The notes under the pieces were generated by a model. That model had not been told where the DNA came from, made no database searches, and worked only from the letters and a program-made list of their open reading frames with translations. A stretch of 64,000 nucleotides of DNA, from the NCBI GenBank assembly GCA_051362555.1, contig CM120640.1:5332001-5396000 (forward strand), written 5' to 3'. The translations under genes were made by a program, and so were the position numbers. This document shows, piece after piece, positions 1 through 14,500 of the stretch (the stretch's first letter is position 1; every line of letters starts with the position of its first letter). Source of the DNA: Lingula anatina. Its lineage: Eukaryota > Animalia > Brachiopoda.

Positions 1-1042
1 TTCAGATGATTCTAATTCACATAGACCATGACCCTATTGTACTTTTCTCGTCTGTAAAGTTAGATGCTTCGCTAATAACATTCATCTAAAAAAATAACAG
101 AGGACAATCATATCTTCGTTAGATGGTAAACCGTTATCCATGAGTACAAAAATCATTGTGCATAAAGTGAAATCTCTCCATTGTAAGTTCATTACTTATC
201 CAGATTAACAAAGGTCGGGTTCGCAGAGCGACAATAATTAATTTACTTATCTTTTTAATCAATTTTAGTATTATCAGTTTATTTATTTGTTTGATATTTA
301 TCATCCATTTTACTGAGATTAAGATATATATCTGTAATTTTAATTTGTTTTAAGGATCATTTTTTGTTTCAGTTAAGAGCATTTTTAAAAATCTTGTTGA
401 TGAGGCGTTGATTGATAAATTGTTGAGTTTATAAATATATAGGTATTCATACTTAAAATTTGTTTATACAAACTTGAAATAAAATGACTTAACTAATGAT
501 TACATGCTTCCTTTAATTATTACAAATGAATGATTGGGAAAGAGGTTGAAACAAAGCTTAAGTAAGGTTGTACATTTTAGAAGTTATATAATAACGTGGT
601 TTGGTTGCGACATTTGTTAATTAACAGGAAAGAGAGAGCGTAAGACAGCAAGCGCACACATCTCTCACATCAGCCTTTGCCCTTGTACCCGCGGATCCCA
701 AGAGGCACACTGTAGGTCTGTCTGTCTATGTACTACAGTGTACAGGTCGACATAGAACAGTATTTTCAGCTATCAAACACATATAATGTCTGGGCAAAGT
801 ACAAGTTGTGCATTAAAGAACAATTCGGGGAAAACGTTTGTCAAAGTTCCTACAACTATGGTAGTATATCCTTTTTTGCGCATGTAAATTTCAATCAAGT
901 ATATTGTCTGATAAAAAAAAAAAAATTCAGGATTTGAGCGTGCGCTATCCCAGATAACTTCGTCTTGGACAGGTTGTTCGCCTAGTTCAGTCTAGTAACT
1001 CGTATTATTGACTCTGCTACCATGAGCTCCAATCATGTTGTT

Positions 1043-1287
1043 CTATGGTATGCTTCCGGTGAATGGCATTTCTCCGTTAGGTTGGTCGCACACAACGGTT
1101 GGATCGCATTCTGTTCCTCGTAGCCTGCAAGGAGTTCCCAGTCCCGAGTTGGGCGGCTGGCGGGTGAAGTTACAGGGTAGCCTGGTGCCTCGCGCGCACG
1201 GCTGTGAGTATGCCCTCCCCCAAACACAATGGTAGAATTTGCAAAGGTCAGAATCGTCGCCCAAGTAATCGCCATTGGTCTTACATT
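1043..1287 (-). CDS. Small secreted chitin-binding type-2 (CBM14/peritrophin-A-like) protein, terminal coding exon 2 of 2
   Basis: Acceptor ttttcttttattcag| on the minus strand (AG at 1289-1288), phase 1. Reads (E)CKTNGDYLGDDSDLCKFYHCVWGRAYSQPCARGTRLPCNF...CRLRGTECDPTVVCDQPNGEMPFTGSIP*, with TAG at 1045-1043. The CKFYHC-x9-CxxGT pattern resembles ChtBD2. Confidence 0.8.
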
Positions 1288-1326
1288 CTGAATAAAAGAA
1301 AATATTTGAAATTATATATGTACAAG

Positions 1327-1331
<5 letters not shown>

Positions 1332-1361
<30 letters not shown>
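1332..1361. repeat. (GA)n microsatellite in the intron of the chitin-binding gene
   Basis: About 15 GA units, seen directly. Confidence 0.95.
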
Positions 1362-1365
<4 letters not shown>

Positions 1366-1374
1366 TTTATCTAC

Positions 1375-1447
1375 CTTCTTTAGGAGCACCATCTGTTAAG
1401 ACTGACATGATGAACATGAGGACAAGAATCTGCCAAAAAGACTCCAT
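1375..1447 (-). CDS. Small secreted chitin-binding protein, exon 1 (signal peptide)
   Basis: ATG at 1447 gives MESFWQILVLMFIMSVLTDGAPKE + G|gtagat donor. 73 nt, phase 1, joining in frame to 1287 across an 87-nt intron. Total 318 nt = 105 aa + stop. Confidence 0.8.
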
Positions 1448-1550
1448 TCTGCAGTTGTATCTGTACTTGGTCTCTAGCAGCTTCACAAAACAATCAGTAT
1501 TAGTATGTGGGTCACTCCATGTATCAAATTTCACTTGCAGCGTCAAGAAA

Positions 1551-1558
1551 TATAAATA
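1551..1558 (-). promoter_or_regulatory. Candidate TATA-like box (TATTTATA) of the chitin-binding gene
   Basis: About 105 nt upstream of the ATG on the minus strand. Motif match and position only. Confidence 0.35.
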
Positions 1559-2468
1559 CCAAGGGAATAAGAGATTTATGGTGGCAGCTCTGATTTTTGT
1601 CGCTGGACGGTGTTTATCCTAAATGTTACGGTCATAATTGGGGATAAAGAAGCAAAATGCAAAAGAAAGATGTGTAAAATAGCCTTGGCCTACTTTGATT
1701 TACTTTCAGTTGGATAGGCCTACTTTTTAAATCTGAGGATTTAATTATATAATAATATATGGCATTGTAGGATCCGGAAGATTGGCCGTGGATTCGCACA
1801 CTTTTAAAAATCTTATTCATTTATTTTTTAATTTTTTTTTTTTCATTTCACTTATTCAGATTAAGACGCTCTCTGGCTATTAAAAGATGTATTTAATACA
1901 CAGTTTACATAAGCGTTTTGGGAGTTTCAGGCCAACAATATCAATAACATGTAAACCGCCAGTACATCGCTCCATAAAAGCAGAAATTCTACGATCGCTC
2001 CAACTGTGATCTAAGGTAAATTGCGTCGGTTGTGGTAAACAGAGCACAATCAACTTCATCTGTCACAATGGCCTCTCCTTTCCTGTGACAACTAAAGTGT
2101 TATGTACTTTAAGAATACTGTTCAAAGTTCATATGGTTTTCCTTCTTTTCTATACATAAATATTTATTTACCACGGTGAATGCAGTGCATAAATACTATA
2201 AACAGTCGAAAATTGGCATGTTAGGAAAAAATGAACCCGTCCGTGCATTACCCATTTCCCGACGAGTTCAATATCTTGACCCTTGACCTACGATACGGCA
2301 AACAATCTGTCTTGGAGTTGTGGTGCACGGGCTTTCGTTTGCGGACCGTTTACACTTTCAACGATAATCTAGATCGAAAGCTGTGTAGTTACACCTAGTC
2401 ATGTGGAGACTATCGTAACCAGTTAGTACTCAAGAACTCGAGAGTTACGTAGTGGCCTGGATTTCGCC

Positions 2469-2556
2469 ATGAAGGTCCAAATACAACTTCTCCTCCTCAC
2501 GTTTGCCGTCACTTTTGGATTTGACACTTTTCCAGTACCAAAAGCAGTCTTCCAGG
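2469..2556 (+). CDS. EGFLAM: Pikachurin-like exon 1 (signal peptide)
   Basis: gccATG context; [30 protein letters not shown]|gtgagt; phase 1. Confidence 0.85.
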
Positions 2557-5500
2557 GTGAGTATGCACACCACAGCCATGCAGAAATATTAATTTGGTAT
2601 CGAGTGCTTTTTAAAAACATTCTTTAAATGTTTTATTAAAGTGAATGGTGAATGGGGTGATGTGGGGATGAAGGATGTATAGGTAATAGGATAGTTAGAA
2701 TCAATGTCAAATTAGCCAAAGAAGTAGAAAAGTTTGAGCAGAATTATTGAAACATGAAATTCTTTTTCTTTTTATATACATGGTATGAAAAGCATCACGA
2801 TCGATGCTGCTAGTAGGTTTGTATAACTCTACAGATACTTTTTTGTGTGCATTAATTGGAATATTTAATTAGAATTATTGTTTATGATAATAAAATTGTT
2901 CATGGAGACTTATTACTCGGAAAGTCCTTGCTTTTTCTAATTAATGTTTTTTTTTGGTCAAATTGTGTAACTATCTGCTGTTTCATTTGCACTGACTCAT
3001 GAGGTAATGTAATATTCCTGCTGTTTTCAGAAAAAAAAAGTTTATAATCAATGCATGTTTTTTGTGTGAAAGTCACCTAAATAAACAGACCTAATGTACA
3101 ATCCTGTGGAGGAAAGTTTTTGGAAAGGAGTCAGTGCTTGATGGATTGATTGTTGAGAAATAATAAATTGAAGCACCAGTTAGGGTCTTAATTTTGAAAG
3201 GGAATGGATTTATTATTATTTTTTATTATTTCTGCCAAAAACTTTTGATTGTAGATCTTTGTTTATAATGAAAAACAAAAGATGTAGACAAAAAGAAATT
3301 TTGTTGAAATTGTAGTGCTTCTGTACTGCTGGCTTATTTTTGCTAACATATTAATAGGAACTCTGTGTGAAAGTTTTTTATGTTACTACTTCTCAGGACA
3401 GACTACTCATCCTAAGAACTTCAAAGAAACCACTTTAAAAAGAACTATTTGCCAATGGACACATTGTAAAAATAGAAGGCAATTTTGTTGATGTAAAGGA
3501 CTCTGTGTACAAGTATAAATTATACAGTGCCAATTGTTTGAAAATATTGCAATTGTCGGCCATTCCAGGTGTGAAATTCTTTGTTGAAGTCTTTGCCACT
3601 TTTGTTGACATATAGTTCTTAGCTATTGTATTGCAATTAAAATGCCCTGCTTCTGTTCAGAAATGAAGTAAAAACATCGGGCTGTTATCTTTTCCATTTT
3701 CAGTACTTTCCACAAGAAATGGTCTTAATCTGTTATTGATACAAGCTAGTTTTATTTGTTTGTCCTTTTAACACGGTGTGTACCAGGGCAAATGTGGTTT
3801 CGTTGGTGAAATGTCTGGCCACACTTTAGTACATGTTTGGGATTCAGTATTTCTTTTTTTACTTCATCCCACATTGCATACTTTTGTGGATGTGTGAAAT
3901 ATTCCAACTTCCAATAATGTAAATCAAGACAAATGTTTATAATTACTTGAAGATTTCTTGAACATTTGTCAAGATAGTATTACTTGTGGAGGATGGAAAC
4001 TAAAAGCGTAAATAAACCTGTCTCTAATGTATAATGTGCTGTAATGAACTTGAATTATGTCATGGTGAATTGCATACATGTATTTCTGTGAATGGATTTT
4101 TAATTTATTTGTAAAGACTTTATTTAATGAATCAGTTAATCACTGCTTTAAAAAACTACAAAATGTCCTCTTAATAATTACTTAAGAATCCAAGATTAAG
4201 CAAGAATCTAAAAAAATTGTCCATTGCATGGTTGGAGAGCCAAATATATATTTGTCATTTTTTGTGTGAAAACTCAATTATTCAGTGGCTTTATTGACCA
4301 CCTGTACCTCCACCATCTCAACAGACAGAATACAGGTCTTCTTCTGTAAGGATGGAAATTGAATTATCTTTTGCCAGACATTCAGGCCAGCAGATCATCT
4401 TCCCATAACTTAGTTAATTAGATAACCAAGGTTACATATGTGCTGGCTTCTAACTTGCTATACAGTCCCACATGATTCACAGTCCAGTTTCAATGACTCA
4501 ATTTACTATGTCCTGTCTTACCAGACCATAGAAGCATAAAATTTGTGATACAAAATCTTAGGTAATAGCCTTTTGTACCATAGTGTTTGTACCAAATTTA
4601 ATAAATAAATAGATAAATAAATATGTAAATAAATTAAATAATTAAAAAACAATAAAAGCACTTAAAGAGAGTAGACTTTTGCTTAGGCAGCTCAGTTCTC
4701 ATTACTATTAATTATTGTTAATCTATTAATTAATAAAATTGAATATCATTATAAAGTTATTATTTTAATTAATTAATGGATCATACCAAAATTGAAATAT
4801 TTGTCACTTAGTTCACCCCTGACAGTTTCCAAAAATTTTTAGCAAAATCCATCCACTTTTTTCACAATGTTGCTAAAAGACAAATCGACGTACAGACAAA
4901 TGGGCAAACAGATAGAGGTAATAGATAAAAAAAGTACATAGTGACTTAGAACCATAAGACTAAGTGTAGCATAACAGTGGGTGGGACAGCAGAGACATTA
5001 GAATGGCTTCCTATAATAAGATATTGTAATCATCTTATTGGGATCTGCTGAGATGATATGTGATGCACTAAGTTAAGTTGCTTCAACTGTACTAGAAATG
5101 GGATCTTAAACCAAGCATGTTTCAGTTTTGTCAAAGATAACCAGCAAGGGAAATAAGAACACATCCCAGCCCACTTCAACTACCAAGTGCTTTAAATATT
5201 TACCTAATGAGGAAAAAGTGAAGAGGTGCCCTTACAGAGACCAGAACATTGCTGTTTAAATATTTTCAATTACCCTTGTTGACCAAATTCACACTATAAA
5301 GAACAAATTGTATTAACAAGAAAATAAGATTAAGATAAGATCAGCATGTCGTCATGTTCAAGGTAGCCAAAGGTGTTCCTGGAACACAGAGTTTTCCTTG
5401 GATCAGTGACAGAAACATTAGGCACATCAGTCTCTGAGCTCTTACCAGGACAAATATATCTGATCTGCCGAGGCAGTTTGTGGCCAAATAAATACCTAAA

Positions 5501-8500
5501 ATTTGAAAAAGGATGAGACTTTAAAAGACAGAAAAAAAGGAAAGGAAGAACTGCCAGAAAAATGTTTGAAGCTTTCTAAATGATGTCAGATCATTGGCAA
5601 AAAGTGTACTTAATGTATGCTGGGCTCAAAGTTAACTATGTGGTATTTACATGTAGTGGTATTACTTGCATTTTGATGGATGTTTATTGCCCTTGTGGCA
5701 GAGATTTATGCCTTCCAGTAAGACACATACTCTGCTCTAGTCCAGCAGCCATAAGAGCACACATAATAACAGCATTCTGTCCTTTTGATGTCCTTTGTAT
5801 TGTAGCTGAGGAAAGACTATGGAACCTGATGATCTTCTGTCAACCTTGGAGCCCTCTCCATCATTACGGACAATGCTTAATTGAAGTCCAGTTTGCATGA
5901 CATTGCTCTGAGGCATTGGGCATCTAAACTGCCTGTTAAATTTATTGTTCTGCACCAGGTAGTAGACATATGTTTTATCCAAGTTCAAGTCATTATGATG
6001 AGGTCTTGTTCTGAAATTATTAATCACTTTCAAATGTTCTTGATTTGGAGTGGTCAGCTGTAAACAGGCAGCACATGTAGCTGCTGAGAACTGTTCTCAC
6101 AATGACCACATAGTTTACGTAGGCTTTATCAATAAACAGATACAGAAAAAAATCTCCCATTTTGTGAAACTCCACTTATAAGAATTCACATGCACACTTT
6201 TTACACAAAAGGGACCAGGCAATAGCTGCAGTACAGTTGTAAAAGCAGAGGAGTGAAAAAAAGAATAATCCGGCTTTCTTTGTGCATTTATTAGAAAATG
6301 CCCCAAGGTGTACCATGTTGGTCTGTATGTGATTCATATTTAATTGTTACTTGATGGGGCTTTGCCTGGGACAACATGCTGCCCTGCTGTTTGATGTTTC
6401 TCCACCCCAAAGATACACCTGTGGGAGTAGAAACAACAGCTTGGAAAACTATAGATTTTAATTGAAATCTAATGTGCTTTTATAACATTTTTATACTACG
6501 GCATTTTAATTTTATTACAGGTGCATTCCTGCCTAAGGGTTTCTTTAATTTCTGATTTTTATGTCAAATAATTTCAAGTTAATTTGATGGAATTTCATGG
6601 TTTATATTTATATTGATTTATTTTATATTTATTTCCTATCAATACATTTTGAGTAACCTTTTTAAGCAGATAAAGTGCAAAAACACCAACAAAAGAAATC
6701 TTTCTACAATTATATGTCAAGAATTTGTATAGGAGAGGTCAATCCAATTTTAATCAAATGAGGCTTTTATTTTGGGCAAATTCAGTTGGTTTATCAAAGT
6801 GACAGGTAAATTGGTGGTCCCCAAAGTTGAAGAAGACCATTACAAGCCAGGTGAAGTTACAGTCCTTCAGTGACTTTGTGTTAGAGGGCAGAGGGGTTGG
6901 GAATTTTGGATTTTGTTACCTGTATCCTGTCACACTCAGGTAATCTGAACCCACACAGCAACACCCAACCCCTTAACAAAGGTGGTCATTATGCTACCAT
7001 AGTCAATAACATTATTACAGAAAGTACAATGTTGTCAGTTTATGAAGTTTGACATTACAGGTAAAGTTGTTCATCAAGATAAGTACCCCTTTAAGCCTGA
7101 CATTTATGACTGCCTTTTAAGTGCCCTCTTGGATTTTTTTCAAAAGTCTTGCTGAAAACTGAAAACTAACTCTGCCTAATTTTGCATTTTTCTCACAAAC
7201 CACCCCTGTTGTTTGACAGTTTAATGCTTTTTATATGTTGGCTGTATATTTTTTTAAACAGTCGTTTCACAAAAGCCATATAGATAGGTATACAGTCAGG
7301 TAGAGTGAGTTTGCACAATACAGTTAACAAACAGAGCTTTAGCATTTGTCCACCTACAAGAAAGACATCCAATGTATATACAGCCAAAAATTATGTCCTT
7401 CCTTTAAAACTTCTCTTTAAATGTACATATTTGATAACAAGACATTTTCTTGATGATATTTGTTTTTTCTTTGCCATAGGCAAAAGGTGTCTGGTGTTAC
7501 AGTAAAGAATTGAAATGTTACTTTTACGAGCTAAGCAAACAAAGCAAAGCAGTTTTCTATATAAAAGCATGCCAGAATGTCTTTATTATCCAATTTAGAA
7601 ATAAAGAAGTTTTACAACTTTGTCCTGAAAGTAAGCATAGCAGTGGTATTAAAAACACCTTTCTATTTAAAAGAGGTGACATTATTTAATTACAAAGACA
7701 CTAAACATAATATTAAAATATCAGAGCTTTTTTTGTTAGGCATGTGTTAATATTTTGACTCCACCATGCTGACAACATGGCTCATTGCTTCTCAATACTT
7801 CATAAACATCCCCCATTACTCTCCTCTGTACCTTATTTCACTCATATGAATATGGTGGCAAGGAAAGAAGGATATCATTTTCACTCAAGTGACTAACCAA
7901 GGTTCTAACTTGAGAAGGCTTAGCAGTGTAGTTGTTTTGTAAAAAATGTTGTGGTAGATGCACCGCAGCTGGGTTTCCAGCAATAAATACTCTGTGATTA
8001 CAATCCTCTCAGGCTGTAAACTCTTAGCAGACATAAAATACCTTAATGTTCTTTTTTTCATAAAATCAGTCTTCATCAAGTGGTGTATATGTCAAAAATG
8101 CCCCTGTCAGTGTTTTCAGTGGGTATAGGCACTGCTATGGTTTGTTTCTGTGTCCTGAAACAAGATCTGCTGAATCAGGTGTCATCGCATGATAGTTGAT
8201 GAATGGACTGAATGTTTAATCTCCATCTCAAAAATATCATATCATACTTCAGTCATAATATTCAGTCTGTGCAGTTATAGGCCCTAATACAAGGCAATTG
8301 TCCATCTAAAGAGGCACAAAGCCGGTAAATAGTTTAATTTTATAAAACAGTAGTCCACATTTAGACCCTAAAGGGATAGTAGGCTTGGTTTTTGACACAG
8401 ATTGAATATTTAAGAAATCTTTACTGCATAAGAATTCTTAAACTGGTTAATGTATTAAATGGAAATATATTGGGGGTGGGTGGGGATGGGGGTGGGGGTA

Positions 8501-11500
8501 AGGGGATAACTGTGTTGATTAAACATTTCCACACGTGATATTTCATTTGATACAATCCTCTGTAGAACACTTCTAGAAGTATGTCAGATATGTTGAGGAA
8601 GGGCTGCTAAACAAAATTTAATAGTGATCAACACTGTACTATGTCTAAAATAAGAACCATGTTTGACAGCTTCAATACATTATACCTAGGCACAGGTTAC
8701 ACAAAAAAATTCATTGCATGCAGTTTGGGTGGTGATAGGTGGGATTAGCAATGACAGAAGGATTACAGACAGAAAATAAAAATTTAAAAAAAAGATACAA
8801 AAGTTTGAACAGATAAAAAAAGGTTAACCAATACACTTTTTTTGCTGAATTTGCCAGGAATTATGTTTTATGGTTAAATATGTCATTTTACCAACTTTAT
8901 TGCTTCTCATTACACATCTATAACATTTTATACATGTGACCTTTTTTTTTTTTTTGATAAATTCAGGAAGTTGTGATGATGTCCAAGTATTTTGCCAGCA
9001 AGTCTGTCTCAATCGTTACTATGGCGGCTACCAGTGCTGGTGTAAAGATGGCTATGAACTCAACGATGATGGGATAACTTGTCGAGGTGAGTTTGATCAG
9101 GTTCTTGTTTTTTCATATTTTTGAAGAAAATCCTATTTGGAAAGAAAATGCTATTTTTCTCTAATTTTATGGTCTTATTTTATGTTGATTGTGGGGGAAA
9201 AATAATGGAGAGTGTGTGGGAAAATTGCTTGGGGATACCTTTTATTGAACTGTTTCTGCAGCTGCTGCAGGTTGAAGGTTCTACTATGTGGGTGAAAGCT
9301 GTTTCTATCTGAAGTTACAAGTTCATAGTGAACTGTAGTACATTGTTTATACAAGTAATTTGTATATTTAAATTTTGTATTATTAACCGTTTTGGACTGG
9401 GATGACTTTTGGGATGTTGCTTTTTATTTTGTTATACTTCTCCATTATATTTCTTATTGTTCTACTATTTTTAGCTTTTATTTCTGATTTTCCTGAAGGT
9501 TTGTTTTAACTTGATCTCCTGTAACATGTATATTAGGGTGTAAAGGAAAAGAGACAACCTCACCCTTGCTTCTTGACTCAGCCATGGTAACTTAAATGAA
9601 TAAAGTCAAGAGGACGTGAAACCTGTGAAGTTCAGGTCATTGTTAACAACATCAGTCCTGGTAATTGGTATTGAATATCCATTTATCTATTTCTATATGC
9701 CTATACCCTGGACAGATACTATAGCTAGTCACAGTATCCCTTTGAAATTATTTGTACCTATGTGTCATTGTGGATATGTGGACTTCTGTGGACATTTTTG
9801 AGAGACTTGAGTGTTCCTAAAGTATTGAAACTTTTTAAAAATGTCAATGTACTTATAGGGCCTGCCCAATACTGTATTGATTTTACATAATTTCCAATGT
9901 AGTGTAAAATGTACATTGTGTATCAAGAATTTAATGCAGCCTACATTAATTGTGAGTTTTTGAATTCCACATTTTCACCCAGTTTATAAACTGTTTATAT
10001 GAAAAAAAATGCCCTAATTCCACTTATTTGAGTCATTTGACAGGCTGTTGGTGCAGTTATTCACTGGAAGTGGTAAACCAAAATTATTGAGCTGAAACTC
10101 CTCAGAGATTAAGCAGTTTTTTCATGCTGTTAACAGTGGGATTCAGCTCACGTGTATTAAATATACTCTTATCAGACTCGTTTGTTAATCTAACCTTTAT
10201 ATTTTGTACAAAAAGAAAACCTAACCAAAATCATCCCTTTTTGCCAGTTTTTGTTTTCTGATAAACAGTGCATTACATACATGTAACAAAAACAGCCTTT
10301 GTAACACATCTGTCCTTGCCTGCAGATATTGCTTTTGAAGCAAGGTTGAAAAAATATTTCCCTATTAATCTCTCCCTCTCTCTGTCCATCCCTCCTTAGT
10401 GAAATCATGGAATCACAGAAGTTATTTAATGATAATATTTAAGATATCATGTGTGATGTACTTTACAAACAGAATACAGCTTGTCTGTTTTTTGCATATT
10501 TGTATTGATTTTACATTTTCTTAACATTTTTTAAAGCTGCATTTTTTTCTAATCAGACCTTGCCCCTGTGTCCAGTTTTAATTGCAAATGTTTTCCTTAG
10601 AAAAATCATTTTACTGGTTCTTTTATCATCATCTCAGGCAGATGTTGCTGCTGTCGGCATCTCTTTCACAGGTTAAGCACTCAGTAACATGACCCAGTCA
10701 GATGTCAAATGTAAAGTCCTGCAGGAGTCCAAACTTTTTCTTTTTAAAATGAATTAGAAAATCTTGTGTCTGATGACCTGTGCAATGGCAGAGATATGCC
10801 CATTGTGACTTTCTCTCCTTTGTCTATGGTCTCACACAGAGTGAGAGAGTTGATTTCATGCATCTTGTCTTATTATGAGGGACTTAAAAGGGATTAAAGA
10901 TACCTTTAAGGAAATGTTGATAGTAGATTGCAATATTCAGGGTATAGGTCACTGAATTATTAACAACTTTTGTGAAAAGACCTTTGTCACCAGTGTGTGG
11001 AGAATTTTTTACAAACAGTAAGTGATCTTTTATAGGATTTTTTCTTCTTTATATTGCAAATTTCATGTTTGTCTTTAAAAGCTTTTTTCTATTTTCTTTT
11101 TTTATCTTGTCTAAAGCTAACTTTTGAAACTGTTTTCTATATTGATTTTTGTATGGTACAATTGATTGTAATCCTACATAGATATTTTGTCTGCCTATAT
11201 ACTCTGGTCTGTGCCAAAATCTTGTTAGCCCATTGGCCCTTCTGGACGCCACACCAGAGTCTAAGAATCTACCAGACAGACAAAAGCAGAAACAGTGGTC
11301 AGTAACTGAACAGTTTTGCAATATTTTATTGGCATTTGGCTTGGGGCCAGTGTTAAATGCAGACTGTTCTCCACACACCATCCTCTAACAGATATCTGCC
11401 TGTGAAAATAAACAGGTTTATGAAAATTACAGACAAGCATATGCAAAAGAAAACCAAAACTACTGTTCTTTATTCAAAATAAAAACGATGAAGATATTTT

Positions 11501-14500
11501 TCTCCAAAAAACAGTGGGAATTATTTACCAGTAACTAATATGGTGCTGCGTGCAGCTTTTCTTTTGTGCACAGCCTCATGGGTCTCGTAAAGAACAAACC
11601 TGGAATAAGACCTAAGAGGAAGAAAAGGGGCCTCAATCTAAATGCAATTTTCTGCAACTCTGGGTTGGAAGATAGCACAGTTAACATGCTTAGAAGTAGC
11701 TGTCTCTTTCTTTGTAAGGTATTCAAGCATCATCCACCTCAATTTTTATCATTCAACCCCTTGAACCCCTACCCCTACATCATTCAAATGTTTTCATTCT
11801 TTCTCTTGTTCATAAATAGCTGCTGACTGCAAATAAAAGCCACATTTGTTTGGGTCATGTTTCAGATAATGGCATCTTGTATTTTTAATGGAGGAAAAAA
11901 AGATATGTGTTCTTTCACCAGGGATGGGTTATGTACATGCTTGATAAAATGAGTTAAAAGACAGTGAGGGCTGTTTTTACAAATGTGAACTGTTCTCCTC
12001 ATTTCTCTGCATAGATGTGAATCATTCTTTATGTTTTATCAACTCCAGTTCACAATAGATATTTAATATTATCCATTTACAGTACTTTCAACTTTCATTT
12101 ACCCAATCTTGGAAAACCATCAGCTGCAAAACCTGCTTACAATTATATTACAAGGAAACTTAATTTGGCCTATTTTGAATTATCAAATTGTGTAAAGTCA
12201 ATTACTTGTATATAAGATATGTTGCTCATATAGACGTACAAGGAGAATTATCTTAAGGGCAAGCATTCGTGGGTGGAAAGAAGATAACTTTTATCTTGAA
12301 ACAACAAACAAAAGTGCTCTATTATTGGTGCTTTATTATCGGGATGGATGATACAAGTTGTAAAAATAATACAACTTGATTTACCTCGATTCTAATAGCA
12401 ATGTATTCTACTAGTAATTTGTATAAATTGTGTGTTTTTAAGTGTTTTATGTAATAATAGATATGGATTACATAATTTTGCAAAATAAATATTGGCATGC
12501 TTTCAAGTGAAGTGCACATGACAAACTAAATATAACTACCGGTAGCATTGGTCTGATAGCATTATTTTAAATGCCGTAATAGGCACTTTGGATAATTCAT
12601 ATTTGTTTTCTGCTCACTTGTTCTTCAAATCTTCGATAACTTTGAGTAATATTCATTCTCTTGGTATGCTAATGATTTAAGCAGCCATGCAAAAGTGCAC
12701 ATTCAACATAATGATTTCAAACAGTTTGCATGGAAGCATGAGGAAATTTTTTCTTTCATTATTTCAACCTTAGCTGACAACCCTAGCTTACTGTTGAATA
12801 AAGATATCTGAATATATACATGAAATATTGTTTTGCATTTCAGTTTTCTTATTAAAATGAAATTGCCTTTCTTTTGTGTAGCCTTCAAATTTAATGTTAT
12901 CACGAAAAAAAATGTACATGGATATGTTTTGAGTTTGGAAATTGAAACTAAAATGTTGAAATTTCATTAAGATTATACATATATGTCCATGATTGTCATT
13001 TCAGAAGTTTCAGCAACACGCAGTGTTCCAGCACCTAACCATACCTGGTACACAATACCTCAGACCCACAATGTGGACACCAAATACAGTACTCCCTCTA
13101 CTTTACACACCCAGACCTTCACAGAGAACCAGCCCCAAGGCAGAGAAAAAGAGACAGCCAAAAAAGCTGCAAAATTATCAGATTCCAAACATGACATTGT
13201 TCAGGGAGATGATCCTAGGCCAATAGCAGACAATAGAGTACCATTTTCTTCACAGTCAGATATTAAAAATGAGAAATCCAGTGATAAGTATGATGATTTT
13301 GACTCTTCTTCCTCTGAAAATATTATTATGCCAGTAGCAACCCATGATAAGAGACATGAGAACTCTGTTCTAAGTCGGCAGACAAAGGCCCCTGCTAAGT
13401 ATACCTCCTGCAATGACTTGGATTGCTTCAATGGGGGGAGCTGTGTGCCAGACGTGCTGCGCGGAGGTGTTCGGTGTCAGTGCCGCCTGGGTTTTGATGG
13501 AGATTATTGCGAACAAGGTAAAAAGATGTAGTTTTTCTCATAAGAATGGTCTCACTGTATCTTGCTTCTGCATGGATAAGGTTAGTCTTGGATAAGTTTT
13601 TATTAAAGTTGGCATACGCAGAAGTTGAATGTGCTAGATTTTCATTGGGTTAAAATTATAGTTTAGAACATAAAATAAATCAAGAAATTAAAAAATGCTC
13701 AATATTTAGAGATTTGTATCAGCAATCAACATAGGATTGATGATTACTGTGTGAAGAAATGTACCAGAAAAATAAAGAAAGCAGTTATCCCTGGTGGCAT
13801 CAGTCATTTCTTCTCAATTCTCTGTCTCCAAATTCATCAATAAAAGCACCCACTGGAGATACCGTCAGTTTTCTGTTTAAATCAGATGGGAAAACGAGAC
13901 AAAATCCTGTCATTGTGAAAATGTCAAATTGCCCTACTTATAAATTTGGTTTTTACAAGAGCTGTCTTCTCTGGAATGAAGCCTTCAATGGAACTGTTAT
14001 AATTAACTTCATTGATGAGGTTCATTAGTTTAGCCATCTGCCAAAATAATAGCATAAAATGTGAGGATAGAAATATGATCGCCAAGGTCTCCTGAGCCCC
14101 TTTCCTTGCTTTGGCAGACTATGGACAGAATCAATACATTGTCTCCAAAGATAGAAGAAGATGGTCTGGGGCATTGATTCAAGACCCAATTCAATGAAGT
14201 GACTAAACGTTCTCTGCTGAAGGCAGAGGGTTTGATGCCTACATCCATTTTCCTACTGAAATAAGTGCATGTCAGTTACTTTGACGTTACAGGCATCCAT
14301 TATTCCATCTGATAAGAGTTGTTATAGCTGTGACATTATTCAGGATTTTGGGGTCATGAATGGGAACATGTAGCCCAACTCTCCCCCAAAAGAGAAAATA
14401 TGCATTTATTTTGAATGTAATATCAAAAATCAATCAATTAATTAACTTAAATAAGTGGACCACCAACAAAATCGAATAGATTCTACTGATAACCCATTTC

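Noticed and set aside
1033-1275. Alternative overlapping ORFs (80 aa minus, 66 aa plus) over the chitin-binding exon
   Set aside because: Only the Cys-patterned frame is phase-compatible with the signal-peptide exon; the others are shadows.
5580-6306. Cluster of 60-106-aa ORFs in intron 1
   Set aside because: No domain pattern or compatible splice sites. At most a very decayed antisense LINE remnant that I cannot support.
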